Assembly (NCBI GenBank): GCA_012270265.1 | Contig: JAAXIR010000262.1 | Span: forward strand, 1-19,178 | Source: Candidatus Poseidoniales archaeon | Lineage (GTDB): Archaea; Thermoplasmatota; Poseidoniia; Poseidoniales; Poseidoniaceae | Length of the DNA: 19,178 nucleotides | Direction: 5' to 3' | Shown here: one piece after another, positions 9,150 through 14,293 of the stretch | Position numbering within the stretch: the first letter of the stretch is position 1 | Layout: each line of letters opens with the position of its first letter | Made by a program: the position numbers and the translations under genes | Notes under the pieces: generated by a model | The model's input: the letters and a program-made list of their open reading frames with translations, nothing else | The model's database searches: none | What the model was told of the DNA's origin: nothing

Positions 9150-9170
9150 CTTTCGTTTTCGCGTGTAACA

Positions 9171-11000
9171 TTATCTGTCGATTTTTTCACCCATTTGAAC
9201 GGACCACAGAGAGGCATACTTACCATTTAGAGCGAGTAAATCCTCATGTTTTCCATGTTCAATTACTTCTCCACTTTCTAACACCAAGATGGAATTTGAA
9301 TGACGAACGGTCGATAGTCTGTGCGCGACAATAATCGTCGTTCGATCCTTACTGATTCGAGCAATACTTCGTTGCAATGCGGCTTCTGTTTCATTATCGA
9401 CTGCAGACGTCGCCTCATCGAGAATGAGGAATGGGGCATCTTTCAGTACTGCTCGGGCAATGGCGATGCGCTGACGTTGGCCACCGGAGAGCCGATATCC
9501 ACCTTCGCCAACAAACGTATCCCATTGATTGGGAAGTTCTTCGATGAAGTCAAACGCTTCAGCGGCGAGTGCCGCTTGCTTAACATCTTCATCCGTAGCA
9601 TCGTTTCGACCATATCGAATGTTTTCTAGGATCGATGTAGGAAAGAGTGTGACGTGTTGTGAGACAAGAGCAATGGAATGACGCAGCGACTCAAGAGTGT
9701 ATTCTCTAATGTCTTTTCCTCCCCAAGAGATACTTCCGCCGTTGGGTTCAACGAAACGTAAGAGGAATCGAGTCAGCGTGGTTTTACCAGAACCGGTCGA
9801 TCCAACAACTCCTAGGGTTGTTCCTGCCTCTATTTCGACGTTGAAGTCGTTGAAAAGGGCTGAACGCTCTGGATATGCAAAACCAACATCTTCGAAGCGT
9901 ATCGGTGATTGTTTCGCTACCTCTTCCTCCAATACATGTTCTCCATCGGTCACCGTGCGAGGTTCATTGAGGAGCGTAAGGATACGAACAGAGGAAGCCA
10001 TAGCACGCTGGTATAAGTCGAAAGTCTCACCCAAGCGAGTAAGTGGCCATAGCAGCCGTTGTGTCATGAATACGAGAACGGAGTATGCGCCGACTGCCAA
10101 CACACCGTCCAATGCAAGTCGTCCCCCGAGGAGAAGTGTTGCCGTAAATCCGGCTAAGATTGCCATCCGGATGAGTGGAACGAATGCTGCTGAAAGACGA
10201 ATGGCTGATCGATTTGCACTTCTGTATTCTTCTGAAAGAGACCGAACACGCTCCAGCTCCAACGTCTCATTGGTGAACGACTGAATTGTGGCCATTCCTG
10301 TTAGATCGTTCTCGAGCAGCGCATTCAATTGTCCCGCAGTTGCTCGAACATCCCGATATCGAACCTCAAGTTTCTTCTGATAAAGGAAGGAACCCCAGAG
10401 GATAATAGGAATCGGAAGTACTGCAAAGAGTGCAATTTCCCATGAGAGATACAAGAACACAGCACCAACAACAATCACGGTTGTTGTTACCTGCAAGAGA
10501 TCGTTTGCACCTTTGTCGAGAAACCGTTCAAGTTGGTTGACATCATCGTTCATGATGGCGAGCAGATCGCCCTTCTGGTGTTCATCAAACCACGTCATGG
10601 ATTGGTTTTGGACGTGATCAAAGGTCGTAATCCGGAGATTGTGTTGCACTGTTTGAGCGAGATTACGCCACAAAACCGCGTAGAAGTATTCGAACAATGA
10701 TTCGAGACCCCATATGACAAATGTTGCTACAGCTAGGACAATGAGTTGATTCCAAGGGTCGATGATGCCCCACTGCGCTAGTAGAGAATCTTCCTTCTGA
10801 ACGACAACGTCAACAGCAACACCGATAAGGAGAGGGGGGGCCAAATCCCAGATTTTGTTGAGGATGGAACAAAGTATGGCAAGGCGAATCTTTCCTTTTG
10901 GAGCATCGGAACGCGAGAGGATGGTTCGCAAAGGCCTCTCAACATCAACCATGGTTGAGGCTTCTTCGATACGGTATGTGAATTCTTGCTCATGAATCAT
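9171..11000 (-). CDS. ABC exporter, fused permease/ATPase (MsbA/MdlB-like, ABCB type)
   Basis: An N-terminal six-helix transmembrane domain is followed by an NBD. The NBD has Walker A GSTGSGKTT, signature LSGGQRQR, Walker B FLILDEATS and H-loop IVAHRL. The track ORF runs to 11153, but that part overlaps the divergent gene. The ATG at 10998-11000 (MIHEQEF...) gives a typical 609 aa and has AGGA 6 nt upstream. Confidence 0.9.
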   Translation of the reverse strand: MIHEQEFTYRIEEASTMVDVERPLRTILSRSDAPKGKIRLAILCSILNKIWDLAPPLLIGVAVDVVVQKEDSLLAQWGIIDPWNQLIVLAVATFVIWGLESLFEYFYAVLWRNLAQTVQHNLRITTFDHVQNQSMTWFDEHQKGDLLAIMNDDVNQLERFLDKGANDLLQVTTTVIVVGAVFLYLSWEIALFAVLPIPIILWGSFLYQKKLEVRYRDVRATAGQLNALLENDLTGMATIQSFTNETLELERVRSLSEEYRSANRSAIRLSAAFVPLIRMAILAGFTATLLLGGRLALDGVLAVGAYSVLVFMTQRLLWPLTRLGETFDLYQRAMASSVRILTLLNEPRTVTDGEHVLEEEVAKQSPIRFEDVGFAYPERSALFNDFNVEIEAGTTLGVVGSTGSGKTTLTRFLLRFVEPNGGSISWGGKDIREYTLESLRHSIALVSQHVTLFPTSILENIRYGRNDATDEDVKQAALAAEAFDFIEELPNQWDTFVGEGGYRLSGGQRQRIAIARAVLKDAPFLILDEATSAVDNETEAALQRSIARISKDRTTIIVAHRLSTVRHSNSILVLESGEVIEHGKHEDLLALNGKYASLWSVQMGEKIDR

Positions 11001-11051
11001 GAAATTCCTTAACAACTCTCTGCTACACACGACCATCAACGGGTGAATGGA

Positions 11052-11849
11052 ATGTGGATGCATGACGAGCCAATGCTCCCTCGAGACGTATCTCGAACGA
11101 AACACATCACCCTCATCGATCCGGACAAACAATCTCCAGAAGTTGCAGCACAACGTGCGCTTGTAGCTGTTGAGTGTGGCACATCTGCTATTTTCGTGGG
11201 TGGGTCAACTGATACTGGCAGCAATATTGTCGATGCAACTTGCGCATCCATTCAGGAAGCCTTCGAACTTGCAATGTTTGCAGCCAGCCAACATCCTGAT
11301 GCTGACGAAGAGATGTGGAACATTCCAGTGATCTTGTTTCCAGGTGGAGCACATGCTATGTCTGCAAAAGCAGACGGAATTTTGTTCATGATGCTGATGA
11401 ACAGCACTTCACGCCGCTTCCTAATTGATGAGCAACTCACAGGTGCCCCATATATTGCTCAAGCAGGTCTTCAAACCATTCCAACCGGATACATTGTTTG
11501 TGCTCCAGGAGGTGCAGTTGGTGAAGTCGGACAAGCGGACCTGATTCACCCAGACGACTCAAAACTCGTTTCAGCATACTGTCAAACAGCCGAAATGTAC
11601 GGTTTCTCAACCGTGTATCTTGAAGCGGGCTCTGGCGCATCATCACCAGTTTCACTGGATCTCATCAAGACAGCAAAATCATCCATGCAGTGTACCCTCA
11701 TTGTCGGTGGAGGAATACGTACTCCAGAACAAATGAAAGCTGCTGCAGATGCAGGAGCAGACTACATTGTTACTGGAACAATTACTGAAGAATTCGATGA
11801 CCTACAAGTACTGAAAGAGCGACTACAATCACTCATCAGTGTTCTCTGA
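11052..11849 (+). CDS. Geranylgeranylglyceryl phosphate synthase (GGGPS/PcrB family), archaeal ether-lipid synthesis
   Basis: Motifs seen are HITLIDPDK, FVGGSTD, YLEAGSGA, IVGGGIRTPEQ and YIVTGT. By recollection the protein aligns along its length with Thermoplasma-type GGGPS. The ORF opens at GTG 11043. I prefer ATG 11052 because GGTGA (11042-11046) lies 5 nt upstream. ATGs at 11058 and 11073 are also possible. Confidence 0.85.
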   Translation: MWMHDEPMLPRDVSRTKHITLIDPDKQSPEVAAQRALVAVECGTSAIFVGGSTDTGSNIVDATCASIQEAFELAMFAASQHPDADEEMWNIPVILFPGGAHAMSAKADGILFMMLMNSTSRRFLIDEQLTGAPYIAQAGLQTIPTGYIVCAPGGAVGEVGQADLIHPDDSKLVSAYCQTAEMYGFSTVYLEAGSGASSPVSLDLIKTAKSSMQCTLIVGGGIRTPEQMKAAADAGADYIVTGTITEEFDDLQVLKERLQSLISVL

Positions 11850-13109
11850 CTCATCTTCATAGAGAACAGGATCTCCACTACCGCCAGGCGAAGGTGGGCG
11901 AACATCATCCACATCCATTCCTTGAGGTAGTTCAGATTCCTCAACACCCAAATCAACGGTTCCACCTTCTGCAAGGTTACGCATATCATCAGCATCAGGT
12001 GTTGAAAGTGTACGTTCAACATCAGGACTGTTCGCATACGCTTCTCGCTTGGCCTCTCGGGCATCATGACCACGTACCAAGGAAAGGGAGTCAGCAAAGA
12101 CACGTCCAACAACTTCCCTTGTTCGCTCACCCCGACGGACGCTGGTCACCTCTTGCATAGCAACAGCGTTCTGAGATTCCAATTCACGGATTTCAGCAAC
12201 GCGGTCTGTGAGAGCCGCCTCAAGATCGGTAATGGTGAGTGACATCTGTTGGATACGCTCATCACGCTCGAATACATCGGTGTGAAGACGTCGCTCACGT
12301 CGACGTAGAGACTCATATTCCCGATTTCGCTCAAGGAGCCTTCGCTTCATTTCTTCGATTTGTTCCACCAAATAGTCGTGCTCAGCGGAAACAGATCGAG
12401 GACCCTGCATGACGCGTTCGAGTTGCTCTTCAAGGTCTGCAAGACGCTTGTCACGGGCATCGAGGAGTCCACGCATTCGGTCAGCGATATCACGCAAACG
12501 TTGACGCTCTTCTTCCAAAGCATTGTTAGCGGCAACTTCCGCATCGTATTGAGCAGATTTTTCTTCAAGTTGATGTTTCAATGAGCGAACTTCATCCGCG
12601 GTAACCGAAGTAAGCCCTGCATCCGCGGCCTTTTCTAAGGCCTCAACCATGAGCCCCATACGGCCCTCCATTTCTGCAATGACTTCATCTTGCGAAACAC
12701 TCAGAGCCCTCAATTGTTCGACTTCTTCATGAAGAGCGTCTTGTTGTTCCTTGGACAAGGACGAAGCTTGGGCATCGAGCTCTTGTCGAGTATCATTCAA
12801 CAATCGATCAAGGTGAACAATACGTGCTTCCGCCTCTTTCAACTGCTCTTCGGATTCGTGAAGGCGTTGAATCTCAGGGGCAACCTCGTCTTCGCGCTCA
12901 GCGAGATCGAGTTCCAAGACTCGTAGTCGTTGCTTGATTGTGACAACTTCATCGTTGCGTCGCCCAAGCTCATCCCAAGCGATCAAGACTTCTTCGACAA
13001 GCTGTTCAATTGGGTAACTTTTCAGCATCCCTTCAAGAGCAGCTCTGTCGTTTCCAGAACTGGTTTCTGAACCTCGAGAGGCATCTGGGTTCGGAGCGCC
13101 AAGCGTCAT
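11829..13109 (-). CDS. Long coiled-coil protein with acidic disordered C-terminal tail, function unknown (candidate partner of the adjacent actin homologue)
   Basis: 426-aa ORF. Residues ~55-340 are rich in E/R/L/Q/A, heptad-like and almost free of Pro and Gly (e.g. LRVLELDLAEREDEV, EEQLKEAEARIVHLDRLLNDTRQELDAQ, RLADLEEQLERV, EEMKRRLLERNREYESLRRRERRL). The last ~65 residues are acidic and Pro/Gly-rich (...DVDDVRPPSPGGSGDPVLYEDESENTDE). I recognise no enzymatic motif. It lies 92 bp downstream of the actin gene on the same strand. Confidence 0.8.
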   Translation of the reverse strand: MTLGAPNPDASRGSETSSGNDRAALEGMLKSYPIEQLVEEVLIAWDELGRRNDEVVTIKQRLRVLELDLAEREDEVAPEIQRLHESEEQLKEAEARIVHLDRLLNDTRQELDAQASSLSKEQQDALHEEVEQLRALSVSQDEVIAEMEGRMGLMVEALEKAADAGLTSVTADEVRSLKHQLEEKSAQYDAEVAANNALEEERQRLRDIADRMRGLLDARDKRLADLEEQLERVMQGPRSVSAEHDYLVEQIEEMKRRLLERNREYESLRRRERRLHTDVFERDERIQQMSLTITDLEAALTDRVAEIRELESQNAVAMQEVTSVRRGERTREVVGRVFADSLSLVRGHDAREAKREAYANSPDVERTLSTPDADDMRNLAEGGTVDLGVEESELPQGMDVDDVRPPSPGGSGDPVLYEDESENTDE

Positions 13110-13153
13110 ACAGGGAACTATCGAACCTCAACCACTCTTGAACCTTCCCTGTG

Positions 13154-13177
13154 AATCAGGGCATTAGGCGCCTGATT
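13154..13177 (-). other. Small hairpin in the actin / coiled-coil intergenic spacer
   Basis: AATCAGG (13154-13160) and CCTGATT (13171-13177) form a 7-bp inverted repeat around a 10-nt loop. The stem is short, there is no adjacent T-tract on the coding (minus) strand, and the function is unknown. Confidence 0.2.
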
Positions 13178-13201
13178 TTGGCGTTGCTTGGATAAACCAA
13201 A

Positions 13202-14206
13202 TCAGTTGATGGAGGTGTACATGTCGTCAGGCATTTCACCTGCGAGCATGAGTGCACCTTCAGCGACCTTTTCCAATGGGTTTTCGACGCACCAAACGTT
13301 GACATCACCAATGTCCGAGATTTCTCGAGCAACTCGCTCAGCGAGCCCTTCGATGAGGGATCCTCCACCGGAGAGAATGATGTTGTTGCGGAGAACCGGT
13401 TGGTACTCAGGGTCTGCTTCAGCAACAATGCGCTTGATGGCGTTACCGACCTTAGGAATCAACAGTTCACACGCCTCTTGAATGAGGTCGCCAATGTCGA
13501 CATTCTGGCTCTTACCATCAACAGAGAGTGAAACCTCAACGGTTCGAACGTCGCCACCGACGTAGGAGGATTCTTCTTTCCACTTTCGGACCATGTCCTT
13601 GGTGATTTGCGCTCCAGTGAACTTCTTTGCGATGAGGTTCTTTAGTTCAAGATCGAGCCAATCTCCAGCTTCCTGGATGGTGACTTGATCCTCATCGGTA
13701 GGGAATGTTCCGTGGATTCGAGCAATGTCGGTTGTACCAGCGCCGATATCGACGACAATGGAGCCACCGATTTCACCAATTGCAAAGGCTGTTGCAAACG
13801 GTTCAGTAACGACCATGATTGCATTGACTTGGCCACGTAGAGTTGCTACGAGATTGCTCTTATCGGTAAATGAAACGTGACTCGGAGAGCAAATGACGCC
13901 AAAGACCTCGTCGAACTCTTCTGGATCGACGGTTTCGATAAGGTGAGATACGAAAGCCTTTGCAGCAGCAAGGTTGGCTTCATCATCCTGAGCAACACCG
14001 GCTGCCATTGGGCGGTAGAGATTGCAAGCAAGTTTGTTTTTCAGTGCATCAGCGCCAAAGAGGACGTCACGCTTGAGGAAGTTTCGTGCTACGGGGTCTT
14101 TTGGTCGCCCAACCACAGTTTCAACAGAGTGCATGGCACCTGCGCTTGAAGCAATGGTTGACTGAAACGTTCCTAGGTCAATTCCAACATATAATCGTCC
14201 GCTCAT
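13202..14206 (-). CDS. Actin-fold filament ATPase, MamK/MreB clade (MamK-like)
   Basis: 334 aa counted from ATG 14204-14206. The ORF opens 9 nt earlier at GTG, and GGTG lies 6 nt upstream of the ATG. The actin/ASHKA nucleotide motifs are present: phosphate-1 VGIDLGT, phosphate-2 VVDIGAGTTD, adenosine ILSGGGSLIEGL. Additional blocks are VVGRPKD, VVTEPFA, EDQVT, PEYQ, VNVWCVENP and GALMLAGEMP. These mirror MamK as I remember it (VVGYPKD, VVSEPF, IVDIGAGTTDI, PEDQVT, PEYQ, AGGGSRIRGL, ANVTCVKDP, GALRLAEELP). Confidence 0.85.
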   Translation of the reverse strand: MSGRLYVGIDLGTFQSTIASSAGAMHSVETVVGRPKDPVARNFLKRDVLFGADALKNKLACNLYRPMAAGVAQDDEANLAAAKAFVSHLIETVDPEEFDEVFGVICSPSHVSFTDKSNLVATLRGQVNAIMVVTEPFATAFAIGEIGGSIVVDIGAGTTDIARIHGTFPTDEDQVTIQEAGDWLDLELKNLIAKKFTGAQITKDMVRKWKEESSYVGGDVRTVEVSLSVDGKSQNVDIGDLIQEACELLIPKVGNAIKRIVAEADPEYQPVLRNNIILSGGGSLIEGLAERVAREISDIGDVNVWCVENPLEKVAEGALMLAGEMPDDMYTSIN

Positions 14207-14248
14207 CTTGAACACCTTCTCGGATAAACCACCGTGGATGCCATAAGG

Positions 14249-14268
14249 TTTGAAGATAGCCCTTCAAA
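14249..14268 (-). terminator. Short hairpin downstream of the protease gene (weak terminator candidate)
   Basis: TTTGAAG (14249-14255) and CTTCAAA (14262-14268) form a 7-bp stem with a 6-nt loop, about 26 nt after the protease stop. No T-run follows on the minus strand. Confidence 0.2.
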
Positions 14269-14293
14269 ACCATGAACAATCTTCGCTCAATTT

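Noticed and set aside
9119-9226. N-terminal 36 codons of the track ORF for the rhodopsin (MVSMPLCGPFKWVKK...)
   Set aside because: This extension overlaps the 3' end of the upstream ABC gene and contains the TATA-like box. Its residues are unlike any rhodopsin N-terminus. The ATG at 9118 followed by a signal-like hydrophobic segment is the more plausible start.
9697-10284. 195-aa plus-strand ORF
   Set aside because: It is antisense to the ABC exporter, whose transmembrane and NBD motifs are unambiguous. The ORF product is Ser/Arg/Pro-rich with no recognisable domain. It is a shadow ORF.
11001-11153. N-terminal 51 codons of the track ORF for the ABC exporter
   Set aside because: This extension overlaps the divergent GGGPS start region. 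Its sequence (MCCNFWRLFVRIDEG...) is not ABC-like. The ATG at 11000 has an AGGA SD and gives a typical length of 609 aa.
8228-11849. Rhodopsin linked to retinal or carotenoid biosynthesis (blh/crt) or functionally linked to GGGPS and the ABC exporter
   Set aside because: No blh, crtE, crtB, crtI or crtY-like ORF is present in the window. GGGPS is a core lipid enzyme. The adjacency to the ABC exporter has no motif-level support for a shared function, and the rhodopsin appears to have its own promoter.
13110-14293. ParMRC-type plasmid partition locus or magnetosome (mam) locus as an explanation for the actin gene
   Set aside because: I see no iterated centromere-like repeats in either spacer. 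There is no small ParR-like DNA-binding gene, and no replication, integrase, phage or other mam genes nearby. The flanking genes are chromosomal housekeeping types.
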